A DNA stretch of 64,000 nt from positions 2,970,165 to 3,034,164 of the forward strand of contig CAJFCJ010000005.1 in the NCBI GenBank assembly GCA_904063045.1, given 5' to 3'. Shown here piece after piece: positions 1-11,889 of the stretch (position 1 is its first letter; each line of letters begins with the position of its first letter). The translations under genes and the position numbers were made by a program. Source of the DNA: Dimorphilus gyrociliatus. Its lineage: Eukaryota; Animalia; Annelida. The notes beneath the pieces are model-generated. The model was not told the origin of the DNA, ran no database searches, and was given only the letters and a program-made list of their open reading frames with translations.

Positions 1-1
1 A

Positions 2-931
2 GCAAGATACCATAAGAAAAATCTCTTTGGAGAGAGATATTTCAATACACCAAAGCACACAGATATATCATTTTTCTCCACGCCGTTCGGTGTTGTTGGA
101 AATTTCATTTGTTTCGACGTAGTTTTCCAAGAACCAGCAATAGATCTTATAGAAAAACATAATATTGATATCGTGGCCTTCCCAACTGCTTGGATGAATG
201 TTCTACCATTTTATTCAGCAGTACCATTTCATTCATCCTGGTCATACGTTATGGGAGTTTCATTCTTATCTTCCAATCTTCGGTTTCCTCCAATGAGATT
301 CTCCGGTAGTGGTATCTATGCTCCCGATGGTGTTAAAGTTCATAGAAATGACGATACGGTATTCGATGGAAAACTTTTAGTTAGTGATGTCAAAAAAGGA
401 AGAAGAAATATTATTTATCACCAAAAAATTGAATTTAACGGATTCGTTTCATCCGAAGAGACTTTCCAGTCACAAGTCTTCGGAGATAATTATACAATGT
501 CCTTACTCCCTCAAGAGGAATCTTCTGGAACTGTTAGAGTTTGTAATAATGGACTTTGCTGTAAAATTGACTATGAAAATCGAACAAAAACTGAGAAAGA
601 TAAATTCGCTTTGGGAGTATTCAAAGGCATGCACTTTAAGGAAGGAACTTACTATCTGGAAATGTGCCTTTTATTAAGGTGCGCAGACTATAATGACGTT
701 TCGTCCTGTGGCCAATGGACAGAAGAATCAAGTACAAAATTTGACTACTTGAATATTCAAGCAAACTTGACATCAAGATACGCCTTCCCAGTCTATGTAT
801 CAGAAGGTATCAGCCCATCAAGCGGTGACTGGTCCTACGACGGATACAGCCTGATATCAAACGGAGCTCAGAAACCACTTTTAACGGCTGGTTTCTATGC
901 TAGATGTTTCGATCTCGATCCAGAGATTTAG
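2..931 (+). CDS. Vanin/biotinidase (pantetheinase, carbon-nitrogen hydrolase) family protein, 5'-partial
   Basis: The frame is open from position 2: ARYHKKNLF (catalytic Lys) ... FICFDVVF (catalytic Cys) ... VAFPTAW, followed by the vanin C-terminal base domain (NGLCC, YYLEMCLLLRC). It ends ARCFDLDPEI* with no hydrophobic GPI tail, which is biotinidase-like. Confidence 0.92.
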   Translation, partial: ARYHKKNLFGERYFNTPKHTDISFFSTPFGVVGNFICFDVVFQEPAIDLIEKHNIDIVAFPTAWMNVLPFYSAVPFHSSWSYVMGVSFLSSNLRFPPMRFSGSGIYAPDGVKVHRNDDTVFDGKLLVSDVKKGRRNIIYHQKIEFNGFVSSEETFQSQVFGDNYTMSLLPQEESSGTVRVCNNGLCCKIDYENRTKTEKDKFALGVFKGMHFKEGTYYLEMCLLLRCADYNDVSSCGQWTEESSTKFDYLNIQANLTSRYAFPVYVSEGISPSSGDWSYDGYSLISNGAQKPLLTAGFYARCFDLDPEI

Positions 932-1097
932 ATTAAATCATGAACAAGAAAAGAAGAAGATTTTTTATTACATAAACAATTAGATTTATATATCAATGAA
1001 TCATTTTTTGAAGAAAAGATATGCTTATTCCTAAATTTCTTATCTCTTTGTATTTATTATAATATTTTTACACGTTATCTTCCTCTTTCTATGCTTA

Positions 1098-3374
1098 TTA
1101 GTAGATGACGCAACTTAGCATTCTACCAGTTTGATCTGTTTGAAATTGAGTCGGTCTCATTCCCGAATTTTTTGGACATTTAAATTCAGAATAAAAATAA
1201 TGACTATTTTGCAAAGTACCAACAACTCTTTGCATTGGTGGTGTAGATGATGATTTTGCCCAAATATTAAACACTTTCTCGGGTATATAACTACAAAAGT
1301 TTTGAGCAAATCCTAGAAAAAACATCTTATCTGACGTCATATTTAAACCGGGTAGAACTTTTAGGCTAATTTTTCTGTCACTAATCGCTTTTTTATAAAC
1401 GGATCTCGATATTTTTAAGGCTTCATGGTCTAAAAGTGCTTCTTTCCATACATTTTCACCATGTAAGTTTACTCCATATCGAGAAAAGTTACTATATTGT
1501 TGAATACAGTATCTTATTGAGGCTGTTAATCTGTCAACAATTCTTTGACTTTCGAAAAGTCCTAATGATTGAAGTATTTCATTTGTATAGGTCCATACAA
1601 AACCTCCGTATAAAAGGGCTATAGCATTTCCACTTTCAACGTAGTACGGCTCTCTTAAGGCGGCATAGCTAATAACTACTCTACGTAAGTTATTATCGTA
1701 TCTTATCTCTGCTTTTGTGCTAACTGGCATATCATAGTGATCCTCTAAAATGTAATCCTTATCATTTTTCCTTTTAATTTTATCACCTTCTTTACGCCTT
1801 CTAACAACAGTCGAAGCAATTAGAAATTCTAGCAAAGAGTCAAATTCATCACTACTATCAAGTATCTCAGTATCAAAGAGTTTTACTAAATACGGTATAT
1901 TGAAACGATTTCTTAAAGGTGTAATTATCGGTGGTTTAATACTCCCTAATTTCCTTTTAAAGAAACCTTGTAAATCTCTAAAAACCCTATATCTATTGCG
2001 TAATGTATTTATAATTTCTTTATTAATTTCCCTACTTAAACGTTCAATATGTAAACGTTTAGATTCCCATGTAACTCTATCGGATGTTTCGAAATAAAGA
2101 TAATCTATTAATTCCGGAAAGAAACTTTCCGCAAGTCCAAAGCATAATAAACCAGGATCATTATTCGTTGATTGAACGTTGAATGTTTGAAATTTTAATA
2201 AAGTACGCCATTTGTATATAAATTTCCATGCAATATATTCTTTAACATCGTCTATATTAGTATTATTTAAATATTTAAATAAACGAATTAAAAAATCTCC
2301 ATCATTTGTAAAAAGTATTTTCGTATTTAAATCGAAATCTTTTTGAAAGACATTTTGTAGGAAGTTGTAAAAGTCGAAGGTACTAGAAAGATTAGTTTGA
2401 ATATTTTGAATAGTTTTTAAGTGATTAGGAAGTTGTTCATTTCCCATTTTATAGATAAACTTAACTAAATTTTTCTCAAATTTCCACATTCTTTTAATAT
2501 ATTCATCCGCTCTCCATAATTCGTCTGCCTTCCATATTCTACTCAATATTACTTTAAACATATAACTATATCTTTTAAAGTGTTTATCGTCATTATAGTA
2601 TTCTGTTTTTCCTAAAGTTAGACCCAAATTTTCGTTAATAGTCAATACGAACTCTTCTTTAGAAGCGTTACTAACTAATTTAGGCCCAATCTTAAAAAAG
2701 GCATCAATACCAATTTTATGACTTTCGCTAAATAAAGATAGGAGAACGTTAAGTCTGTTATCTAATTCTTTTATCATCTTATTATCAGCTAGTGGGCAAA
2801 CTGTGTTTAGGAGATCTTTTGTAAAATAATGGCCTGTCTTAAACTGATACAGGAATCGCATTTTCTTAATATATGTATCAATAGGTTCGTCAATTTCAAC
2901 ATGAAGATATTTAAACAATACTGGGTTAATACACAATTTATAGGATAAGAAAATCCTGGATTTATGAAAGAAATTCCTAAATTTCTCTCTCTTATTTGAA
3001 AAATCCCTGCAAGTGTCAAAAAAATTGCGTATATAAATCATAAAGTTGAAATTGATCATTTCAGAATTAAAATTTCCAAATGGATTTATAAAATCATAGA
3101 CTTGAGTCATTGCCTTTAATCTTAGACGCTCTTTTGGTGTGTAGAAATCAACGAATTCTGGCGCAATCATGTTGTTCTCCCAATTTCCGCAGGCATATTG
3201 GTAGAAATCATCACAAGGATCTACGTCAAAATCCATTTGTTCTAATACATAACTTGCTCTAATTACGCATTCTTTCGTAAAGCATTTCCTCTCTTTTGTA
3301 CATTGATTAGGTGAACAAATATTTTCTTTGATTAAAGAAATGATTAAGAATGAAAAGATTAAATAAAATTGCAT
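1098..3374 (-). CDS. Intronless, probably secreted M13 (neprilysin/ECE-like) homolog lacking the HExxH zinc motif
   Basis: 758 aa ORF with an N-terminal hydrophobic signal, the M13 signature CxxxECV...MDFDVDPCDDFYQYACGNW, and C-terminal MFFLGFAQNFC, RVVGTLQNS..F...FKCPKNSGM and CVIY. The HEITH position reads NEILQ. Confidence 0.9.
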   Translation of the reverse strand: MQFYLIFSFLIISLIKENICSPNQCTKERKCFTKECVIRASYVLEQMDFDVDPCDDFYQYACGNWENNMIAPEFVDFYTPKERLRLKAMTQVYDFINPFGNFNSEMINFNFMIYIRNFFDTCRDFSNKREKFRNFFHKSRIFLSYKLCINPVLFKYLHVEIDEPIDTYIKKMRFLYQFKTGHYFTKDLLNTVCPLADNKMIKELDNRLNVLLSLFSESHKIGIDAFFKIGPKLVSNASKEEFVLTINENLGLTLGKTEYYNDDKHFKRYSYMFKVILSRIWKADELWRADEYIKRMWKFEKNLVKFIYKMGNEQLPNHLKTIQNIQTNLSSTFDFYNFLQNVFQKDFDLNTKILFTNDGDFLIRLFKYLNNTNIDDVKEYIAWKFIYKWRTLLKFQTFNVQSTNNDPGLLCFGLAESFFPELIDYLYFETSDRVTWESKRLHIERLSREINKEIINTLRNRYRVFRDLQGFFKRKLGSIKPPIITPLRNRFNIPYLVKLFDTEILDSSDEFDSLLEFLIASTVVRRRKEGDKIKRKNDKDYILEDHYDMPVSTKAEIRYDNNLRRVVISYAALREPYYVESGNAIALLYGGFVWTYTNEILQSLGLFESQRIVDRLTASIRYCIQQYSNFSRYGVNLHGENVWKEALLDHEALKISRSVYKKAISDRKISLKVLPGLNMTSDKMFFLGFAQNFCSYIPEKVFNIWAKSSSTPPMQRVVGTLQNSHYFYSEFKCPKNSGMRPTQFQTDQTGRMLSCVIY

Positions 3375-3707
3375 CTTTTCTTTGTCAATGTTTATTCTGT
3401 TTGCTTATTTATTTCTTTTCTTTTTTAAGGATAATTTCTCATTTTTCTTTATCACATTCAACAAAACGTTTTATTTTAATGCGTTTGTGTTAATTTTTAA
3501 AAATAACTGTATATGTCATACTTTTAAATCGTAGGTCAATTGATAATCACGAACTTGACTACTTAGAAATTTGTCTTGATAACCTATATGTACACTTTTT
3601 CAAAGCAAATATCTCTTTTGAGCCAACTTCTCTTTTGTTGCGCAATAGTGTACATGTTGTTCACAATTGTCGCTAGATGGCACTTGGTTTGATGAAATAG
3701 TCTATTT

Positions 3708-3718
3708 CAAAATGGCGG
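3708..3718 (+). promoter_or_regulatory. YY1-like motif (CAAAATGGCGG) overlapping the ATP5MG start codon
   Basis: Matches the YY1 core AAAATGGCG. Short motif, and partly forced by the ATG-GCG codons. Confidence 0.3.
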
Positions 3719-4271
3719 GTGCAGTTGCAAAACTCGGTCAAACAATAGTTGGAAGTGTACCAAAAGTTACTGCTTGTTAGTATATATAGTTTGCTGTAAA
3801 TTAAGGATTAAGTGTTTTTTTTGTTATGTATATATTTTGAATTAAGAAATTATTGAAATTGATCGCTGTTTTTCATAAAGTTTTTGAGTAACCTCTGCTT
3901 TTGAGCGATATTTAAGAAATCATTCCATTTCAGTTGCAAAGCCGCGTCTGACTACCTTCTGGCAATATGCAAGAGTTGAATTAAGACCACCAACACCCGC
4001 TGAAATACCTGAGGTATCGAAAGGTTTAACACAGTTGATCAATAGCGCAAAGAGCGGTAAATGGAAAAAATTTACCGTCAAGGTAGTATATGTCATTCAG
4101 GTCATTGACTAAAAATATTCAAACAATTTTTCTTATATTTAGGAGGCTACAGTGAACACTTTAGTAGGAATAGAAGTGGCGATGTGGTTTTTCATTGGTG
4201 AATGTATTGGTAAAGGTTCTCTTGTTGGATACCAGATTCCAGGCGCATGTCATTTCGATGCCGAATTATAG
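3712..4271 (+). CDS. ATP5MG: Mitochondrial ATP synthase subunit g (3 exons: 3712-3775, 3934-4082, 4143-4271)
   Basis: The spliced translation is MAGAVAKLG...AKPRLTTFWQYARVELRPPTPAEIP...SGKWKKFTVK|EATVNTLVGIEVAMWFFIGECIGKGSLVGY. Introns are GT-AG and in phase. This gene is not in the ORF track. Confidence 0.95.
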
Positions 4272-4714
4272 ACATAACAAAAAAAAAATGAAAATACGCG
4301 TGAATTGTTGTAAGACAGCAGCTATTAGGATTAAATAAAGTTATTGAAAATATTTAAGTGTATGTCCACATATTTTTCGCTTTTAAATGAAGCAAAGCGG
4401 AAATTAAGAAAAGCAGAAATTAATACTTTTTTTTAGTCTTGAATAGATGCTTAAAACAATAAACAAAAGAAACATTCAAATGAAAATAAAGAAGAAAAAA
4501 CAAAATTAATTTTAAAGTGTAAATATACTATATAACAAGATTATTTGAAAGAACGATATATGAACGCAAGAGATGATTAGGGACATGAGACAAATTAGTG
4601 TAATTTCAATTAGAATATCTTTTAAAAGTATTTTTTTTTAGAGTTTTTTTTGTTTTTTTTTCACATTGGAAGAAAATTGAATAGGAATTCTTTGAGCAAA
4701 ATTAAAAAACGCTT

Positions 4715-7700
4715 TCAAACAACAGAATGTTCTTGGCAAATAGCCGCCAGTTCTTTTGTAAATTCTTCTAAAACAACAGCACAATATACAGCGTTCTTAG
4801 TTTTGACTGATTCCATTGCATCCATCCCCAATGTAGATTCTACCGATTGACGACGAGGGAAGTTAGAAAATCCTTTGTCTTTATCAGAATTTCTTTGAGT
4901 TTTAGGCGATATTTTCGTCTTTAACGAAACTAATCGTGGCTTTCCTATAATAAAGAAGTAATTGGCTTGACATTAATAATACAGAATTCATATACCTTTA
5001 TCATTTATGATTGGCTGTGATGGCAATTTAACACTATCAGTTTTATTGGATTTCAATTTCCTATGTTCTTCGTCACGCCAGCTCAAGAAGCGTCTGGCTC
5101 TTATCATTAAATGATTGAAATCATTTATATTACTTGCGAAATTCTCAATCTTGTTCTTGACGCTTATCAACACCTGTCAAAAATTTTTACAGGAACGTAA
5201 GAATATATTACATATAAGTGTATCCGAACGTATTGTGGTTTATAATCACCTGCGTCACACTCCTTATTGTAGGTTGAAATACCAAATTAGGATTTAATAG
5301 GAGCGATCTTAATAACGGTTGAGGGAAAATAGCCAAACGAGCGATAACACCAGTAAGCACCAAATTTACGTATAGTGAATTTTGCATCATTGTATCGAGT
5401 TTAGACATTATGGCCGACAAGAAAGGACCAAGAGTAGGAGAGTCTAGGGCGGATGCAGGGTCATAAACTAGATGTGAGGGTATCTCTTGTGAAATTTTTG
5501 CATTGGAAGCCTCGATATTCGAATCATCACACACAACAACGGAGGGTTTTTCGAAAGCATTTCCATTGATCTCTCTCTGCAGCAAATCTTCTAGTTCTTG
5601 AATGGATTCATTAATACTTCGCTGACGAAAATTTTCTGGTAATTTCAATGCATCAATACTTTTAATAAATGAGTCTAAATCTGTCAAATTTAATTGTGAT
5701 AGCGTTTCCATTTCCACTTCATTTTCATTTTTTATATCGTTTAATTCAATTATTGAATTTTCAGTGCTATCATCTTGACAGTTCAGATCAACAGGCATAG
5801 CTATAAATTCATCAGGAGATGGATCTTCTCCGTCGTACTTATATTTCCATTTATCACAAGCTGCTTTACATTTTTGTAATTTCGTGCTAGCTACCATTAA
5901 GTAATCGGAATAGGAAGTTTCAAGCTCCCCTAATTGATTTCCTGTTGCTGAATCCGTCGAACTATTGATAAATGAAAAAGAAGGAAAAAAAGATAACTTA
6001 ATAAACATTTAGAATCAATCATTTATTCTTCAAAAAATCTTCAATAATTAATGAAACAAACCTAAACGAATTATTCAGACTGTGAATAGAATCATTATCA
6101 TCATCTGTCGTTAATTTAAAGAGAGGGAAACGTATCCTACTCGTTTTTTGAGGAGTATTATACGTCGGTGAGTCGTAAGTAAGGCTTGAGAGAATTGCAG
6201 GAAAAGAATGAAAGAATAAAGAAAAAACCAGTGTTAATTATTAGTTGGCAAAGTAGCATAGATGAAAACTTATATATACTATATTTATAAACATAGCATA
6301 TATGTTTAAACAGTATGAAGCGAAAGAATTCTTTCTCTTAAAGAGAGAGATGGTTTATGATCTTGAAAAACACCTACCTATTATCAAAACTTTCGTTGAA
6401 ATTACAAAATTTCTTCCTCTCGGCTTTGAGATCAAGAAACTTTCTCGCTGACGAACCGTACAAATCTAGGTCTCTCACGCATAATTTTTGACTAACCATT
6501 ACATGTCTACACGGTATAAGATATCTGTAAATAGTAAAAAATATAGTTAATGTTTTGATAAGAATAAAGTAGTATGTTTTATGAATTAAAGAATAAATGA
6601 ATGATAACCACTACGTACTTGAAAATCAAATGAAACATACATTCTTCTGAATTCAAATCTATTAGTGTATGGAATAGATTTAAAGTTACTTGGCATAACT
6701 GTAAATAAAAGAAAGAGAGAAAATAATCAATTGAGATGATAAACGATCAAAGAAATAGACAAAAAGACATGTTCTTTTAAACAATGATACTTGAAAAATT
6801 AGTAAATAACTTGAAATATTTACTCTAGTTTGACTATTAATTCTCCTAATAAACGATTCCAAAATGGTTGTGTCGTCATGCTTTTCGGTTAGAATAAACT
6901 TGATAAATCCTCTTAATAGAGCTGGCTCGCTAAGTTTTCTAATAAACAAATCTAGATAGGCGGTTGCTGCAATCACCTCCTCAGATGAATTCTGTAAAAG
7001 AGAATTATATGTTCACTTAATGATTCTAAGTTTTAAAATGTTTTAAATATTCACATATAATAGTATTATTATTATTATACAATATACAGTATGTACAATA
7101 CATTAACATTCATATTTCACGTAAAAGCAAACATATATAAAAGAATCTTTGTGCAAATGAAAATAAAATGAAATTCAAAATAATTTAGTTGTGTAGGGCT
7201 TTAAAAATAGAAACCAACATCCCCAAAATCGATATAAAATAAAATCAAAGCATATAGCGTGATCAATATTCACATCTTTTATATCTTACGAACACATGCA
7301 AAACACATATTTGTCTTGTATTTAGCGCATATTTTTTTTATGAACATACCCCACAGTAAGATTCAACTACAGATGACGGCAACTTTGATCCATCCTGGGT
7401 TTGTCAGTAGGCAAATAGAAATGATGAAGAATAGGTTATTGATATTATAAGGATAAGATCAAGGTTAATATCAACAAATAAAAAAGAAGAATATTGAAGT
7501 ATTTAATGTCTACAAATATGTATATACTGTAAATATATATACATACGAAACTTTCCCTATACAACGCACCATAGGACATAACAAAAAAGATACTATACTC
7601 CATATAAAATTAGCTTTATTAAAATCTACAATGCATTCTTGTATAAGAATTAAAAAGAAAAAAAACCAATCCAGTACTTTTCCCGCATTTCTATATGCAA

Positions 7701-7832
7701 ACCATACAGATATAGAAATTGTACATAAGTATATATACAGTATGTATATATATATAAATTTATATATACATGCTATTTATATCAATACTGTATGCACATT
7801 ACCATATCTAATCTGAATAAACATATCCACTA

Positions 7833-7869
<37 letters not shown>

Positions 7870-9845
7870 TACTGTATATCTCATTATACATTTGGATATA
7901 GAAAATAAAATATTCTTCATATGTACGTATACAGAAAGAAAATAGGGGAGGAAACAAATAGGAATATAGCTATAGTTAATGTTTTTGTTATTTCAATTAC
8001 CAAGAAAATGTTAAAAACTAAGAAATAAATAGCATTAGCATGTTTTTATGCAAAATAAGAAATAATAATATATATTGAAAATATATATTCATGCGCTAGT
8101 TTCTTTTTTATAACAAAAGACCTACCACATTAATCATAGGAAAATGATCATATGTATTATCCCATGTCAACTCTAAGTCAGTAAAGTCAAAGTGCGCATG
8201 CTGTTTTATGAATATATTGAAAACAACTGAAATAATGGCATATAGGAAAAAAAAATAATAGGTTAAATTTTCTATTGCATGCTTCTTACCAGTAAATCTG
8301 GGAAGCGTTGAATAATAGTGTCAGGCCATGGATCCTGTTTTACAGGTTAATTACATACTCTAGGTTTTATCTCACATGTTTGTCACGTTGTTTTTATAAT
8401 TCTTTATATATTCTTAATATAAATTTTTTTAATAAAAAGAAAATACGCTTAAATTTTCTACATTCTATGATAATTTTCTTTACTTTCTAACGTCAATAAT
8501 TTCGATATTTTTTATACAATTTTGTCTTTAAAGTTATGTGATCAAATTCTTGGTGAAATTTTGTGCAAATAGAAAATCAATCAGTTTAAAACAGAGGAAT
8601 AGAAACACTATATAGTGAAATAGAAAGCTAAGTGTGTTAACGGAGAGATATTTTTGTTTTCTAGAGTTAAAGAAAATCTTATAGACTTTTTTTTAAAATA
8701 TCCTTTTGTGTTATTGAAAAAAACAATTTTTTTTTGAATAGAGATGTACTATATATATTACTGTATATATAAATTACCTGATGGAGTGCTGGTCCTAATA
8801 CTGGTACGAGAAAACCATCATATATATAATTTATTAGTTCATTCTTTATAGAAGAATGAGCGACCTGAAATTTATATTATATGTTAAAAATGTATTGATT
8901 TATTATTTTATACAAAATTATACTATTTAGATATTATCGTACCTGAACAACTGCGTTACAAAATTCTAATGAATTGAGAATCATTGATAATTCTGCAATC
9001 TCTGAAATATCTTCATTTGTTAGTTGATACCAATCGTCGTAGGGAACATCCAATTTCCTTGGTAATTCCGAATAGAGACCACTAAGACCAGTAGCCAAAA
9101 TTGGGCAGAAATCCGATTGTTTTGAGATAAAAAATCCGATTTTAGAATCATTGACGGATAGTGACATGATAAGCAAAAGCGAATCTCGAGCTTGCTGTCC
9201 AACGTCTCCGTCCCTATGAACATATTTTGTTAATAAGGTTAGGACAAGGAAATTAGAAGATGTGCGTTGATCAAATAGAAGAGCGAGTAGTTCGTCATCT
9301 TTCTTTACGCATACACACAACTGGTGAACTACGAGCAATAATTTCTTTTCAACATCCACATTTTCTTCATTACAGCAACCGCTAAGTAGTCTAAGTAAAG
9401 GGCGAAGAACGGCAATACGTTGGGAAACAATAATGTCTGAAATTGTTATCAATTCATACAATTTCAGCTGTTGTAATTTAAATTTATCCCTGAAATCAGC
9501 AACAACCAAAGTCCAATCAACCATCTTTTCCAATAGTTGTTCATTAAATAAATACTGTATCACAATTTTTTCAGTAGTAATTACGTCTTCTGCTATAAGG
9601 TTAATCATCTGATGGAAGTAATGGAGACTAGCCTCAAAATCTTGCACATTTGTAGAATTTTTTCCATGATGTTTTTCCATCAACTGTTCAGCTTGCGACC
9701 AATGAGACTTAAATACCTCCAATCTGGTATCAGAATCAGCCATCCCATCCTCTTCAACAGTTGTACCCTGAGGGATCGGAGGAGGTTGATCCTGATTAGA
9801 TTGAGATGGCAAAGTCCTCGAAAATAATTTCGATAGTAGGCTCAT
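4715..9845 (-). CDS. FHIP1: FHF complex subunit HOOK-interacting protein 1 (FAM160A/FHIP1-like), multi-exon
   Basis: Exons encode FKSHWSQA, YVHRDGDVGQQARDSLLLIMSLS, CPILATGLSGLYSELP, LEFCNAVVQ|VAH...GFLVPVLGPALHQ, AATAYLDLFIR, LCQVTLNLFHTLIDLN, YLIPCRHVM, YVNLVLTGVIARLAIFPQPLLRSLLL and the C-terminal NAVYCAVVLEEFTKELAAICQEHSVV*. Confidence 0.92.
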
Positions 9846-10767
9846 ATTTTAATTTCTATTATATCTTGCCATAAAATATATGTCTAAGGAGCCAACAGAA
9901 TGGGCGGATGTTGTCCACTTGAATATAACTTTATCGTTCAAAAATAGATAGATCTGTTTTAGTGAATATAATAAAATCAATGTTATTTTTGTATAAATAA
10001 ATAATGCAGTTTTATAATAATATTTAACAATATTGAAAATTGATATTCTATTAATAACTGTTTTTCTTATTCTCTCTTCTCGTGAAGTTCTAACAAGACA
10101 TCGCTATAGATAATGCAAATTACATATTTTTTCACATTCTTCTGCAAGGCAGCTGGATATTGTTAACTAATCCCTTCAAATGTCTAGTTAGCATGTTGTA
10201 AACAATATTACCTTCACTCGAAAGCTAAAGGTCAATATTTTGTTAGTATCACATTTAAATTACTAAACCCAGATTTTATGTTTAATACCGAAAATGCTGA
10301 TTGTATATGAAAACTAAATCAAACATTGATGACATTAGGTTTTCTAGAAAACAATTTCTTATCAACTTCAATAGGGTGTATTGTGTGATAGAATAGTAGC
10401 TGTATTGTATATTAGATTTTGTTCATTTAACCATATAAAAACACTTATTTTGTAAAAAACAACTTTCTATTACTTTTAAGAGCACTTAAAATTTTAAGTA
10501 TTATTTAGTTTTAGTCTTGATTTGCTTTAAAAGCCTGCGTTAGATGTTATAGATTGAACGATAATATAAAATTGCTTCAATTATTTTTTAGGATTGAATA
10601 CATCAAAGATTGTTTCGAAATCAAATGAAAAAGCAAAAAAATTGTGTACAAGGTAATTAACCTACCTTCACTATTTTGCAAATCACTACTTTAAAAGAAG
10701 CTGCTCTTACGTAACAGAGGGTTGAAAATTGATCAAGAATATACCACACGCCATATTTGTCTTGTTT

Positions 10768-10792
10768 TATCACGTGATACCTATCACGTGAT
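10768..10792. promoter_or_regulatory. Two tandem TCACGTGA (CLEAR/M-box-type) E-boxes upstream of LAMTOR1
   Basis: TATCACGTGATA (10768-10779) and ATCACGTGAT (10783-10792), about 125-150 nt upstream of the LAMTOR1 ATG. Confidence 0.6.
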
Positions 10793-10916
10793 CTACCGGT
10801 CAGAACCGATCAATACATGATGATTTTGTCATATGATGGACTTCAAATATTAATTGAATAACTACTATATTTGATTTATATTACATAAAAAAGCGCAACA
10901 TATAGAGCTTAGGAAA

Positions 10917-11698
10917 ATGGGCTGTTGTTTTGGTAAAGACGATGACAAAGCAAACAATGTAAGCTAAATATGAAACTGGCTCTTTTGTCCATATTTCACC
11001 TTATTCTTTATTTTCGTTATTTATTATAGGAAAATCAAAATAACGAAACTAGTCGTCTTATCAGCGATTCATCATGTGAAAATGGTGGAGTTAGAATAGA
11101 GTAGGTTGAAATATGTTAGTTGTTTTATTGATAGCTAAGTCTCAAAACTTTTGTAGTGGGTATGACACTTTCTTCCCAGGAGATGAACAATCAGCGTATA
11201 ACAGAATTGTAACTCAAGTATCCAAGTAAGAAATTCGTTACAACTTTTCCATAAAATCTATATTTATTAATGTCATAAATAATTTCAGGGATGTAATTGA
11301 TGTGTCGTCACTTCACGCTCCATCTGTGGAATATTCTGACATAGCCGATAGAGAAAAACATTATAAGTAGGTATTTGGTTACAATATACGTAATACATTT
11401 TTGTATCCTGATAAATTGCAGGCAAAAATTGAATTTGGCTCTAGGAGGAAGCTTTAAGAAAAAGCATTCTCTTATTCCTGGATGTAAGGATCCTTATGCC
11501 CTGTTGTCTGCCCGAGTAATTAATTTTACAGACTTGAACATGGTATGTTGAAATTAAATTATAAAAAGAATAGATATTTTAATAAAATATTTTCTGCTTC
11601 AAAAGATTCAACAAGCGGCTTTAAACACAAATGGTGCCGTATCTGATATTCACATAAGTCATAAAGAAAGTCTAGTTGTACCTTTCACCGTTCCATGA
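10917..11698 (+). CDS. LAMTOR1: Ragulator subunit LAMTOR1 (p18), 6 exons
   Basis: MGCCFG lipidation motif, ETSRLI dileucine signal, GDEQSAYNRIVTQVSKDVIDVS, and C-terminal IHISHKESLVVPFTVP*. All five GT-AG introns are phase-consistent. This gene is not in the ORF track. Confidence 0.93.
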
Positions 11699-11889
11699 CA
11701 GTTCTCCGAAGAGGCAATTATTTGATATTAATTGTTAAATTTTATTAGGAATGCCTTTACTACAAATAAATTTTTACTTAAAATTCAAAAAAAAATACAG
11801 AAAATGTAGATAAACATAATTGGGCATTTATGTTAATAAAATTCAGATACACGTTTAACCGATTCCATCTACAACTGATAGACTTACAT

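Noticed and set aside
3670-3684. CTCF-like motif CGCTAGATGGCAC (and AGGTGGCGCT near 38410)
   Set aside because: These are partial matches only, and short motifs cannot be supported without binding data.
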